64,000 nt of DNA from Takakia lepidozioides. Its lineage: Eukaryota; Plantae; Bryophyta. Shown piece after piece: positions 37,330 through 50,094 of this stretch. Made by a program: the position numbers and the translations under genes. The stretch is from the NCBI GenBank assembly GCA_030704615.1, contig CM060734.1:33542001-33606000 (forward strand), read 5' to 3'. The notes under the pieces are model-generated. The model had not been told where the DNA came from. It did no database searches and saw only the letters and a program-made list of their open reading frames with translations. Every line of letters begins with the position of its first letter. The first letter of the stretch is position 1.

Positions 37330-38100
37330 CAGCTCCTCGCTTCCTTCAACAAATCTTGGGGGAAACTTGGGGTCTTCTGCTGCAGATATTCATAAGACAG
37401 AATTGAATGGGTCGAAACTCTCCCTTCCTGCTGGAAGCTCAGTTAGCGCAAAGAACTCACCTCTGGATACTGAAGAAGGAGAGGTCAACTAGAGGCATAA
37501 CCGCAGCCTTAGGAATGACAAGTCGAAGGCGCAACTGTCATTTGAAGCTCCAAAAAGAAAGAGGGGCAACTCTTAGGCTTCATAATTGTGATGGTTGCTT
37601 TGTGCCTATCTACTTAAGTTAGCTTGTGATGTGGCCCCGCAAGTTTCTTAGTGCCAGTTGTTGCGCCTTAGGATTTCTCTCGTCTGTGGCAACACTTGTG
37701 CCCTTAGTTCTTAGTTCTTTTTCGCTGTTGATGGTAGTTTTGCATCCTGTGCACGGCCTTGCCTCCCTGTAAGCTGCTGTTGGTGGCAGTCCTCTACCTA
37801 AGAATAGCTTGGGTGCTGCAGCTTAGTGCAGAGCTTTAGTTTGTCGGTGCTCTCTTAGCTCTCCCTGCTGTTGCCTTTTCTGGCATTTAGTTCTTAGTTT
37901 CTGCTCTATCATTTAGGCTTATTTGGCTCCCCCTTCTGCTCTATGCTCTCCAGCTTATTCCCCTCCTTTCTTAGATTTTCGGCTCTGAGTGGTACCTCTA
38001 TCCTCAGCCTTCATGGCTTATGTAAGGTTATTTTTTCCTTACTTAATAAAATTTCCAGGACTACAATCCCCACGGTTCATTTAAAAAAATAAAAATAAAA
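37330..38100 (+). mobile_element. Probable LINE 3' UTR remnant with A-rich tail
   Basis: Ends AATAAAATTTCCAGG...TTCATTTAAAAAAATAAAAATAAAA, similar to the tail of the 6.1 kb LINE; T-rich body. Confidence 0.4.
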
Positions 38101-38749
38101 ATATTTTGTATACCATGCATAATATGGTGCAAAAAAAACCCGCCAAATCCGATCATTCCAATGGTAGAGACTTTAGCTAGCGAGGTGGCACCATTCATGA
38201 TGTATGATTGGCTGAAATTTGAGGGTGCCTGCCAAACCAAATGCTATTGATAAAACGTGTGCACAGCAAAGGCCAAGCTTGTTTGGATGAATGAAATCAA
38301 CTCAATCTGGTATCCTTCTCTTTCAGATGGCCGAAGGATGACAATGAACTCCTGGAGTATTCAGTCATTCTTCATCATGCGCTATACTTTCCGTCCATGT
38401 GGATGAAAAATGAGGGCCAGAGAGCAGGCCCCACCTAGTGGTAGGTAGGTTGGGAGGTAGGTGAAGCATCCCGCCACTCCCTATTTCGAAATTCCACCAT
38501 TTCAGCTCCTTATGTTCCGCCATTGGAAGTCAATTTCTGTGTGCCAATTGTGTTGAGAGCGACCCTGTTCGGTAAAACCTGTTGAAGTATGAAGATTCGA
38601 ACCCGGGACCACCAGTACGCTAACTTGCAAAAAGTAGGGTAAGGGGGGTGTGAACGGCTAGTTGAAGCCGCTGTTCGAATTTTGAAGCGTTTGTGGCCGG
38701 CGTCTCTCACGCGCTCTTGCCGCCATCGCCAAAACCCTCCCCTGCCCTC

Positions 38750-39132
38750 AACGATCCGACTCTGGCATCCCCGATCAAGCAATTCGTGCGTTTTGATACA
38801 TTGTCTCATCTCGCTGCTACTCGAAGATCGTGCTCTGGTGTCCCCGATCAAGTAATTCGGGCGTTTTGATACATTCTCTTGGGTGTCTCATCTCGCTGCT
38901 TCTCGAATATCGGATTCTGGCATCCCCGATCAAGCAATTCGTGCGTTTTGATACATTCTCTTGTGTGTCTCATCTCGCTGCTTCTCGACGATCGGACTCT
39001 GGCATCCCGATCAAGCAATTCGGGCGTTTTGATACATTCTCTTGTGTCTCAACTCGCTGCTTCTCGACGATCGGATTCTGGCATCCCCAATCAAGCAATT
39101 CGTGCGTTTTGATACGTTCTCTGGTGTGTCTC
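38750..39132. repeat. ~80-bp tandem repeat x5 just upstream of the 39455 gene
   Basis: Unit CGATCGGA(C/T)TCTGGCATCCCCGATCAAGCAATTCG(T/G)GCGTTTTGATACATTCTCTTGTGTGTCTCATCTCGCTGCTTCTCGA. Confidence 0.9.
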
Positions 39133-39454
39133 AGGCTTGGTTGTCACTTCACATGGCTTCTATTTCTCTCCATTTCTAGCTCCCGGACCTTTGCATGTTC
39201 TCCCCTGCGCCTCCGGCTCTCTCTCTCTCACTTCCTGTCTGCCTCCTCCAAGCGCTACTGGGGTTGTCTGTATTGTTGGAATTATCCCTCTCCCTAGATA
39301 AGTTCCCCTGTTGTTCAATCTGACATGTTCTTTGTCTATTTGTAAGGTTTGATCTCGAGTTCCGAAGTTAGCTGTTGTCTCCGAGCTGTATCAAGCGTTC
39401 AGTCTATCTGGATTCTGAAGCCAGTGTATTGGATTCTACCTGTTTACAACGGCA

Positions 39455-42400
39455 ATGGACCCTCCGCATCCAGGTATCATATGTAAAACCCGTGGAATCC
39501 CTTAGCGGCTGATGTAAAGACTTCCCTAGAACAACTTCTCCAAAATTTGGTTTGTTTCTCTCTTGTGGTTGACTCGAGATAGGTCCAGTTTAAGTTGTGT
39601 GGGCTGTCAATGTTCCTCAAATGTGCACTGTAAACACACTTGTCACATCTTTCGCTTGCTCAGATCCTCTTGGAACAACCTCCCCAAGGACTGAACATAT
39701 TAGATAGTTGTTGCCTTCAGTATGTTGCGTTTCTCACTGACTCTGTGTGAAGGTTGTATATCTATTCTTGCAACCCCTAAGCGGACGCAGTCAATGTCCA
39801 ATCTATAACTGTAATTCTCCGTAATCGTTGAGGTTCATGTGCAGGTCCGATGTTACGACGCGCGGTGTCCTTCAATGACAGAAAGGACAGAGCCCTGAAA
39901 GATGTCAATGGAAGGATCAACTTTACCATGAAGAGGTATGGCTGAAGACCGGTATACAGTCTATTATAGGCTCCAGTTTTTGCTGTGGAAGTGGTTGCAG
40001 TACTAGAATAGCTCTTGATTTGTGCATCAATAAAACTTACTGCATCCACTTGCTATGATAAGGAATGACCGGCCATGCTAAGTCAATGCAAGCCTCCTCT
40101 TAGACTGTATTACTGATTTGCGGGAACTCACAATCAGTAGTATGCAGCTGTAATGTTTGCATGACCTTCCTTGAGTACATTGGCCAATTCATCCTGAAAA
40201 TTTCCAATTACAGCCCCAGACCTGCTACATCTTAACTCACACAAGTGAACAATGTGCTACTTCAGTCAGGAGCCCATTACGGCCATGAAGGCGGCAACTG
40301 TGTTGGCCCCAGCAAAGACCATCAGGCCAACCAAGCGGTATGCCACGGTTGCTTCCAGATATGCTGCCCCCTACATTCCTAAAACTCCCAAAGAGCCGTC
40401 TCCAACACTGGACAGCCCATCGGAGCGGAGTATGACCAAGCTGCCATTCATCACAGGAACAGGAAGGACTCCTCAGAAACAGAGGAAGTCCCCTCTCAGT
40501 GCAATTCAAGCTCCAGTTCTTTGGGGCATTGGGGTTCGGGAAACACCGGGAAATAGTTCACCAACTGCAGGGCAGTTGTTGAGTGTTGGAGGGGGAGGGA
40601 AGCGCCCTAAACCTTCTAAAAGAGCAAGTGTTTCGTCCATAGTTGGGAAAAACTCACAAGAGAAGCGAAGACCCTCGCGATTCTTATCTCTGGACAGGGG
40701 TGGATGTTCATGTTCCAAGCACGCAGGTGCCCCTTCTAATGAGGGAGTCTCAGGCAACTTACTGAAGTCAGCCACTCATTGGCTCTCCTTAATTGAACTT
40801 GCTGCAGTTGAGAAGAAACAAAAGGTTGTTATAGACTTGTTTCGTCTCGCAATCAGCTGTGGGGCACAGGTACAATCAGTCGGACAAACCCTCCTGTGAA
40901 TTGGACATTCTCTTGTCACAGAATTAACTTGCTTGAATGTCGGCAAACAAAACTCTACTGTGGTGTCCAAACAATTTCATTTCATTCTATGGTATGCAAC
41001 AGACTTGATTTCTGCACACTGATGTAAACATCTCCTCTGGTAGTTTTTTCTTAAGCCATCTTTCACTGAGTCTTCTACACAAGTGTGTCCATTGTTTGCT
41101 GGGGTATTCTTTGAAACTGCTTTGCTGGAGGATTTTGACCATCTCCATATATTCTCTCTGCCAAACCCGAGTGTGGCATCTTCAATCAAATCACACAGTT
41201 GTTTTCAGTGCAGTCAAGAGGAGAGTATACTCCAACTTGTATCACATTTCTATGAAGTTGTGTATAACTCCATTGTGTGTTTGTATATGAGCAGCCAATC
41301 CACGACATTGTATGCAGTCTGAAGCGTTTCCAGGAGGCTGATGCCAACAATGATGTGAGCTTCAAGGAAATGTTACAACAATGTTTAGATGCTGAGAGAG
41401 AGGTGGTGGACACCGGGACCAAGTTGTCTGGGATTGGGGACACCAAAAGGGCTGAGTCTGCATATATGCCAAGTGCTCTGGCAAACCATTCCGCTGTCAC
41501 AGCTCAGCTATCTGGGGCTCCAACTGGTGTCTTTAGTGGTGGCAGCCTCCTTTCGGGCTCCTTGCCACTAATTTCATCTGAATTGAAGGCCCTTGCAGTC
41601 CATGCAGAAAACGTCTCCGAGAAGGCTACAGCAACAATAGGCAGTGACCAACCAGGACCTGTGACCAGCATATTCATTCCTGCTCCATCTGGTAAGAGCC
41701 CACAGGCCACAAGAGTAGCCTGTCCCAATGTCCATCATGTTGACTCTGAAATGGATTTGTTTGTGGTTTTTGAATGTGCTGGTCTACATAAGATGGCCAA
41801 ATGACGTAAGGTAGTTAAGAAATCTGCAACATCATTCATGGCAATGCTGTGGCTCAGTATTGTCTCATGGTAGACTATTTGCATAGCACTAAGGTGTCCA
41901 CCTTCCATACGGAAGGCAGTAGCCCTTCAGGGTGAAGTGTCACCATAATTTACGCTTGCTTCAGTAGAAGTCCACATACATGCATAATATGCTATTCCCC
42001 CTTTGAGAACTTCTCTCCACGTTTTATATTGAATTTGCATTGTCTACCATCCACATTTAGTGAGGAATGCTCGATTGTTTTGTAATCTTCCCATGAGCAT
42101 TCTGAGTGTTCTACCAAGATCACATCCTATGTGTGCCAAGAGAGGGCTTTGAGCATAAACTGCTGAACAGACATTGAGAACTTGGAGGTGGCTGACACGA
42201 CTGCAACTTGGCAATCAATGGCTTGTCAATTGGACGTTGGAGGATCTCAAAATCAGCCAGATAACGTGTTGCAGGTCTGTCTTTTAGTGCTTTTGATTTA
42301 TGATTGAGGTGTATCAGTTGTTTTACTGTTGAAGGTTCTTGATTTGCTGTGCTGGCACAGGATTGTAGTCAGCAGAGGGTGACTTCTGCATGAGCAAGAA

Positions 42401-45400
42401 TCTGTTCACTATATTGTAATGACTTGAGTTTCTGTTGTGCACTGTTGCTGGTAAAGCCCACAGCTTCCCAGGCAATTGACAAATTTGAGACCAGCACGGT
42501 GGGAGAGAATGACAAAGAATCTGGGGGCGCCGAAAGCCAAGTTTTTGGCATTGTGGGAAACCTCCATGAGAATGACTATGTTCAACCTTCCACCCCAGTA
42601 GCGAGTGAACGAGGACTATTGGAGCCCATCGTCCAGGACTCGGACAATCTGACCACACCACCATACGACGGGTCATTGAAGCTCTCAGGTCGGGAGTCTT
42701 TGGCTGTTGATGGTGCAGCTGAAACTGTAGACTCTTTTGGTGAGTCTGAAGCAAGTGCTGCTGGTACAGAGACTGGACAGTCAGACACTGTGACACTAAC
42801 TAGTGATGGTAAGTCCAGCTTGCGGTCAATTATGCTTGAGAGTCTTAGATTTCGTCCCTATTGTGTAAGCATATCTTACATGGTTAGTGTGCTTGTTCAG
42901 CAGGTCATCAAGGGCTATATGATGAAGTGAGTAAGATGAATGTAGATTCTTTGATTCAAGAGGTGATGTCTTGCATCATGAGCAAGGAGGGAGAAGACAG
43001 CTGTGAATCTCCAATAATTAAAAAAGAAGTCATGAGTTCAACCGAACAGAAGGACAGACCACTGGCACTCGACTTCTATGTAAAGAGGAAGGGTTGGCAA
43101 GATGGCGACGTGCATTCCCATAGCCCTTTGAGTGAAGAAGGCAACAGCGGTGGATTTTGCTGCCTCAACCAAAGTGCAGAGGCTACAGGGCCGAGCACTC
43201 CTCTTAATGTTCAAAACAATGTGAGGAGTATCAGTATGGTACAGGAGGAGTTGGTACTCAATGAAGTTGGCCCAGGACATGAGTGCGGGATGAATGTCCA
43301 TGTGGACTTCGAATGCAGTATCAGGCCAGCAGCCCAAATAGGCAGCACCGGGCCTAGTCCATCAGACTTAAAGCTCTCAGTAGCAGCTCCAGATTCTGAT
43401 TTGGCGGGGCAGGAGTTAAAACAGCTTGATAACATTCCCACACCGTGGCAGGAATGTAGCAGAGGGCTTGCAAAGGTTGCAGGAACTCAGTCTCCCACAG
43501 CTACAGAGATCCCAAGTGCTAACAAAGGTACGTGTTACTCAGTTACACCTATCCAAACTGTTATTATAGCAAAAATTGGAAGAAATTGCTGGGATCTTGA
43601 AACCGGTTGGAATTTATATGCATTTGATCTTTAGTTTGGTACATAGTAACTCACTATTGGCCCTGGAGAGTGGACCAGACAAGCATGATACAACTGAGGG
43701 TTGAGTTCTGGTGTGTGCGTCCTCCAGTTGTGGAAGGGCTAGACAACTGTGATAAGAGCTTTGGACCCAAGACCCTTGCTGTAGCAGCAGAGGAGCAGAG
43801 TCTGGAAGTCAGTTACCGCATCAAGGTTGGTTTTAATTATTACAACTTATCCTATTAAGTTTCTGGTTTGGTCCACATCAAATCTGCAAGCCTGCTTTCA
43901 AATATATGTTCAAGACATTATGTATTCTTTATTAGCAAGTATGCATGTGTCTGTGTCAAACTTGACAAAATATATGCTGTGCTATGTTTTCTCCTGTCTG
44001 GCAGACCAAGGATCTGAAAAAAACCGGTAGTCCAGCAAGCTTGCAAGAGAGCTCCATGAATTTTGGTGGTTCCAAAAGACCAGCAGCCTGTTCTCCCAGC
44101 ATCTATGGGCGGCGGAAATCTTCAAGAGGTGTCAACTCTAATGACAATCAGGCAGTAATTGCAAATCCCTCGCCTGGCACAAATTCGACAACCAAGCTCT
44201 CAGTTTCCATTCGTCCGAGCAGGAAAGGAAGAAACAGAAAGAGTCATGCTGTAAAGGATACTAAGAAAATAGGCATGGAATTGACAGCGTTGCCAGAATC
44301 TGGTAGCTGTTCTGGATCCCCCCCTATCTATCCCTCAGCTGGCATGGAGGCAAGCATGTTTGCAAACACACTCCCTGTCATGATCTCAAAGGATAAGCAG
44401 ATGGACAGAGGGAAGAGAGAGGTTACCGCAAGGTTCAAAATCCCCACTCCTTCATGGAAAGCTGCTTTTGAAAGAGAGATGAAGGGGTCTGGCATTGTGG
44501 TGTCAGAGGCAGCTGTGGAGTCAAGTGCTCTACCTTGCCTCCTCACAGGCACAGGGAGCCCAGGAATGGAGGGCAAGAAGGCTGGGCCCAAAGAATATGG
44601 TAACACAGCAAGCAATCGGAAGGATTCTTTGAGATTGCAAGAGGATCTTGATTGCATCCGTTCCAGCCCTGCAATGAACACCAGAAAACGTAAGTTTTTA
44701 TTGTGTCTTAGTCATAAACTCAAAGAATTGTTGCCCAGACTAGCTGAATGTTGTTTGCCAACATTTTCATTGCGATTATGTCCCTATGCATGGTTTTCTA
44801 ACTCTCAAATCGGTGGGGAAACAGAAGGAAAAGTGTATCGATCTTTTGGAAAGAGTAGCATCCAACAGACTAAGAGCCCAACAACCAGTCGGGTATCTGG
44901 CGGAAATGAAGAAGTGCAGAGTGGGCGGAAGCCCCGGAAGAGTAAGAAGGTATCATCTCTGCCTGTAGTAATCTGGGATAGTAAACTGTATCTGGTTTCT
45001 CATTCTCACCTGAAATAGAAAGATGGCTACAGCTGAAGAAGTATTGCAGCTAATGTATCACCGTCTTCTCTGTAGGTGCCAGCAGAGGATCGAGAGGCAA
45101 GAGATCCCACCGTTGGAAGTACGGTAGATGCTGTAACTCCTGGTAAGTAAAAACCAGATGAGATGCGCAAAACTGTAATGACCTCTTTTCTAAGTGAATT
45201 GAAAACCATGGTATCTGCCAATCTTGCAAATAGGATGTGGCTGGCTGGCGCTGAGATATAACAGCTCTATGCTGAGGTGTCGCCCAACTTTGTAGGGATT
45301 ACGTGCCAGTGATCAATGGCCGAAACAATAACACTTCTGTACAATAGCAACATCATTCTAGCTAGCTTGGTCTCTCTTACCACACGGACCTGCAGTGATA

Positions 45401-45537
45401 GTTCTTGACAACATGCTGACACATCTCAACAATGATGGGTTGCAGGGTCAACTGGGTTGAGGCGCTCCGCAAGAATTCAAAGCAAAGTTCAGTCACGACG
45501 AAACATGATCTTCAAAGAGGAATTTGTTTGCATGTAG
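39455..45537 (+). CDS. Large multi-exon, mostly low-complexity protein with a CKAP2-C-like helical motif; exon structure approximate
   Basis: ATG at 39455 (MDPPHP|GT). GT-AG-flanked exon-like ORFs at ~40.2-40.87, 41.3-41.7, 42.4-42.8, 42.9-43.5, 44.0-44.7 and 44.8-44.95 kb; last exon STGLRRSARIQSK...EFVCM* ends 45537. Spliced motif HWLSLIELAAVEKKQKVVIDLFRLAISCGAQ|PIHDIVCSLKRF. Confidence 0.65.
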
Positions 45538-45556
45538 CGGCTGGATTGGCATGGAG

Positions 45557-48500
45557 TCAGCTGAAATTCCTGAGTTTATCCAGCAGCGTCCTCACATTCT
45601 TTTCAATTCTTTGTGATCGATTGTCTACTGTACAGATAGGGGTTTGGTGTGAAATGGGATGCTTCCCAGAAGTAGGACGCCTTGTGCAGGCTGTCATTGG
45701 CAGTGATTCGTCGAGTGTCTCAACTGCTTTGTTGACAAGTACTTCTGCTTCTGTTGCTTTTCTATCCTTCAAAAAATTTGATCATGTAGGTCGTTACATT
45801 TCGTAACACTGAATAGTTAACAAGGTTCTACCACCAGATTAGAAATTTTTGAATAATTTGAAACAGTCCTTCAAGAATAATTACAGGGTTGCTAACTTGT
45901 GTAAGCACTGATCCTGCTGGTTCCATTTTGTAAAGATTGATCACTCCAATTCTTTGAACATCTTTGTTAGATGACTAGAAGCTTTTTAGTTTGAGGTCAT
46001 GGAGGGAGGCATGAAACTCTATGAGCAAATGCAATGGCAGGGGTGATACTGATAAGGTCGCATTTATTTGCAACAATGCAACTCTCTAATAGCATTGACA
46101 GCTTGGCTAATAACGCGGATCCACTGCAGCACCACTCTAGGGCAATCGTATGTTCTATCTTGTGCTAAGCTTAGGTAACCTGATGGAAGCTTTGGAGGGG
46201 ACACTTCCTGGTGTTCCATAAAAATACACACAAAATGCAGTCATGCCAAAACAGCGAATTGGGAACAAACAGTTGGATTCTCCAGACAGCTTGTAGAAAT
46301 CTGGCTGCAGGGGATTGTGCATTGGTGAAGAGTCTTCTTTTAAGGTAAGACAAATATGTTGTTATCTTCAAAATTCATAAGTCTTCACTCTTGGAAGTTT
46401 TCTTTAAACCTTGAATTGATGGCCATGGTCTCTTTGGCCTTCTTAGACTAGAGAGGAGCCCTCTCTTACAGCCATCTGCATGCACAGAGAGTAGCTTAGA
46501 CTGGCTTTTGCAGCTGTCCATATTTGTTTGTTTTTATTTCTTATAATTGGTAGTACCTGCAAGTGGAAGCCGCCTCCTTCGATTGGGGGTCATCCATCTA
46601 CATCACATCCTGCAAAATGCCTAGTTCCAACTGCACTAATGCTGTAATCCAATAATAATCCCATAGTACCTCATGGCTACCAAGGAATATGATTGTCTTC
46701 TTTGTGATTTTGGGGTAATATTATTTTCTGTTGTATGACATTCACCGGTAGAGTAAAGAGGCCTAATATCATTAATCAAATAAGGGCTTGGAAGTCTAAC
46801 GTCCTCCACAAGGCCCATGTCCCCTTTCTTTAGCAACAGGGCAGTGGCCCCGTGGTACTTCAGACATCCTGTGCCTTGGCCTGTGGGTCTGGGTCCTGTG
46901 TGCTGTCTCTCTCATCGCCCAAAAGGGGGTTTATTTCTCCCCCTCAACGCCGAGACGCTGGGGCTGGTGTTTCCTTGGAAACCAAAAAATAACAAAAGGA
47001 CAGATTGGAGTCTGGGAGGAGTTGGCTGGTATGTCTCCTATTAAAAAAGCACATAGCTTCAAAAAACAGTGCCTTTCTTTGGAAAATAGCGAACAGGATT
47101 CTACCAGTGGCCAGCTCAATTCCAGACCTAAGCCCGCTCTGTTTATCATGAGGAGGACTCATTAGTCTATAAAACACTGCCTGCTGCATTGCCAGACCGC
47201 TTCCAGGGAGTGGAATTTCATCACTTCTTTCTACTCCAGTTGGATGGACCTGCCGCCCATCTCGGATAACCTGTTGCTTCTCAATCTGCAATCAGGGACC
47301 TTCTGGAACACATGTCCAGTTTGGGCAAGTTTGAGAGCTTACTCTCTATGGTCTATATGGAAAGCCAGATGTAAGATGGTTTTTGAGGGAAGGAGCCCCA
47401 GCATCAGAGCAATTCTCTGCAAAATTTATGCAGCATTTGATGACTGAGGGGCATAAGGCTTGGCTGGTATTGCTTGCAGCTTCCAACAGGTGTAATGAAC
47501 GAACGAAGGAGGCAACAACTGTTCTCGGACTTCGACGTCACCTGGGCTAAAGACAGCATCATCTGCACCAGGATCTCTGACACTAGAGTCGTTTGGAATG
47601 ACGACATCCCCAGGGCTTGGCAAATCGCCAGCTGACTCTGAAGCACCGGACATCAATTGGAGGCATCAGAAACTGAGTTCTTACTAATCGAAGGTACAGC
47701 TGGATTTTGGAGCATAGAGCAGGAGCGGGCTGGAGATCGCCTTGTGGGCTTAAGCGCTTGATTTCATGTCCTTCTCTACAGAGGGTCGACTCGCATGCTG
47801 CTCGCGATCGTTTCTGCTAACTGGCTTGTTCAATGCTAGTCTTGCTGGTGTCGGCCTTGTTTCTTCTCAGGGTCTCTATCCTTACCTCTTCCCCCCCCTC
47901 CCTTCGGTCACTTGGGTGTACCCCATGCGATACGCCTTTACGGCATTACGCGCATATTTATAAAGCTTTGAGGCAAAATTATATATATTAAAAGAGATAC
48001 TTCAACTTGACGATCATTTTGTGCATTTTGTGTATTTTTTTAATACAGTCTTCCTTTGGCACGTTCAGTATATGTGCTGAATATGTAGAGCAGTGCAGTT
48101 TCATTCGGGCCCTGATTCTAGAGTGGTCCAGGAATTAGAGGGGGGCGCAGCTCACAAAATGGGCTTCAATATATATGCTGCTTGAGTTGTGATTCATCCC
48201 TGGCTTGGTGGGTGTTCGCGGGAGCTTCACATTGCCAAGGCTAAATACGAGCCATACATTGTTTCAGGAGCTGTTTCCTCTTTGGACGCGTGTCCACATG
48301 AAGTTACTGATCCACAGATAAACATGTCTGTCTGGAACCACTGAGGAGATAGACTACACTGAATACTAATAAGTTAGGTGTAAGAATGTGAGACTATCTA
48401 AATGCTTTTCAGCCACCTGTCGCATATGTAGTTTCGATGGTGGGTCCCGTTTCTCCTTGTTCACTCAACGAGAGATCTAGTTGTGCCTTTGAAATTTATG

Positions 48501-48965
48501 AGTGAGCTGTACAAAATATATATGACGGCAGCCGAAGCTAGCGTAAATAAGAGCCTCTTCCCCATGCGGGTACCACCCCTTTTGAGGGGTGGGCTGAGCT
48601 CTAGCACTAGTAAGAACGAGGTCCACATCTACAACTGGAAGAGCCGAAAAGAACCAGAGACAAGCTGTAAACCTCGACTGTACTTGAAACATCCAGAGGT
48701 ACAAATTGCAGGCGTCATAAACGCAAAGTTCTGTACTTTGGATATGCCAGTACTTGCACGAAAGTCCTTGCGAATCGCCGTTTTGGAAAGTACTGATGCT
48801 TCCGTGGGCATCTCGTCCACACATCAACACGTACCCGCAATCGCTCGTCTCTCTCTCTCTCCAGTGACCATTGACTGCAATCCCGGGCCCACCCCCATGC
48901 AGCCCATCTGCAATCTGTGTTGCAGCTCCCAACAAGTGTCCATTTGCAACAACTCCTCCTTCCAT
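45557..48965 (-). CDS. Possible small multi-exon gene convergent with the 39455 gene; function unknown
   Basis: Candidate exons MEGGVVANGH...SDCG (48965-48835), ~46557-46610, ~46177-46305 and DRKATEAEVLV...LDKLRNFS* (45557-45767) with AG/GT boundaries; phases not fully reconciled. Confidence 0.3.
47090..47995 (+). mobile_element. L1-like LINE 3' remnant, same family as 6084-7760
   Basis: AYSLWSIWKARCKMVFEGRSPSIRAILCKIY, plus shared downstream coding and 3' UTR sequence with the 6-7 kb copy. Confidence 0.75.
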
Positions 48966-50094
48966 TGCACGGTGCCCAAGCTTTTGACACGAAGCACCAT
49001 CTCTACACCGCAGGCTTGCACTGATCCATCACGCAATTCCCAATCGTCAATCGCCAACAAGCCCGTCTGCCAGTCTATCAACGCTGCACCGCGGAGTCTA
49101 CAGCGACCATCATTCCACGCTCTGATCAGCGTCCCTCGAAAGAGAATCAATCCACAACGTAAGGCAATGTGGGCTTTGGACCGTGCCCGCCTTGCCACAT
49201 GGCCAGCATGTATTCGCTCTTCCGGGTGGGACCCTTGTTAACCAGGCTGGATTCCTACGTGGCTGAGTACGATTAGGTTGCTTGTGACTCGCTCCTACAT
49301 ATCGACACGTAGGAATATTAAGAAGATTATAGTAATTGGAAATCTGTTTTATTCTCCGCGGTCAGATCGTGCCAGCGAATGAACAGATCGCATTGCACGG
49401 GATTTTATTATTTAATTGCTCGCACGTCTCTTGCACTTTTTGTTTATTTAATCATTTTATTCATCCCGTTCCTTACTATTATTAGTTATTATTATTATTA
49501 TTACTGTTTTTTCGAAATGAGTCATTCACGTTCAAAATATACGTAAGCAAAGTCCAGGGAGGCGAGTCGTCGCCAGTCCGATAGCCAGGTTTTACCCAAG
49601 GTGTAGTTAAGAGTTAGTTTAACGTTCTACGAATTTACAGTGGTTGAGCCAGAACCAGGGTGGTCCTGGGTTCAATCCTTCAACGTGTGAAAGTGAAAAC
49701 AAAAGGGAGTGGCGGGGGCCTGGCTCAGATGCTCGAAGGAACTTGGAAGCTGGAAGAATGGCGGCGATGCTGATCAAACTCAGATTATGAGCAGAATTGA
49801 AAGAGACTGGTTGTGGCGTGGTGGATTTTTCATGAAGAATGAGGGTAGCATGAATGAGACAATGAGCATGACCAGGATTTCAGCTCGGCCCAGCGGCACT
49901 AGAGTGAAGTAGAATGTAGAGAGAAGAGACGGGGGGAACAAAACGAAGACACTTGAGAAGTATATGGAGACGTAGAGAAAGAGAAAAAGGTCGGATATTA
50001 GTCATTGAGTGAGTGTACAATGTGTTCAATTCATGAGTTTTGAGATGGAATTCCATCTGATGGAAGTGAGGCAACCCGTGTGTGATGCTGAAAT

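Noticed and set aside
46750-47045. Possible twin-priming inversion at the 5' end of the 47-kb LINE
   Set aside because: Similarity to the other LINE copy is too weak by eye to fix orientation or breakpoints.
48483-49241. 252-aa + strand ORF and overlapping ORFs
   Set aside because: Non-ATG start, no recognisable domain; overlaps a GC-rich 5' region and likely arises by chance.
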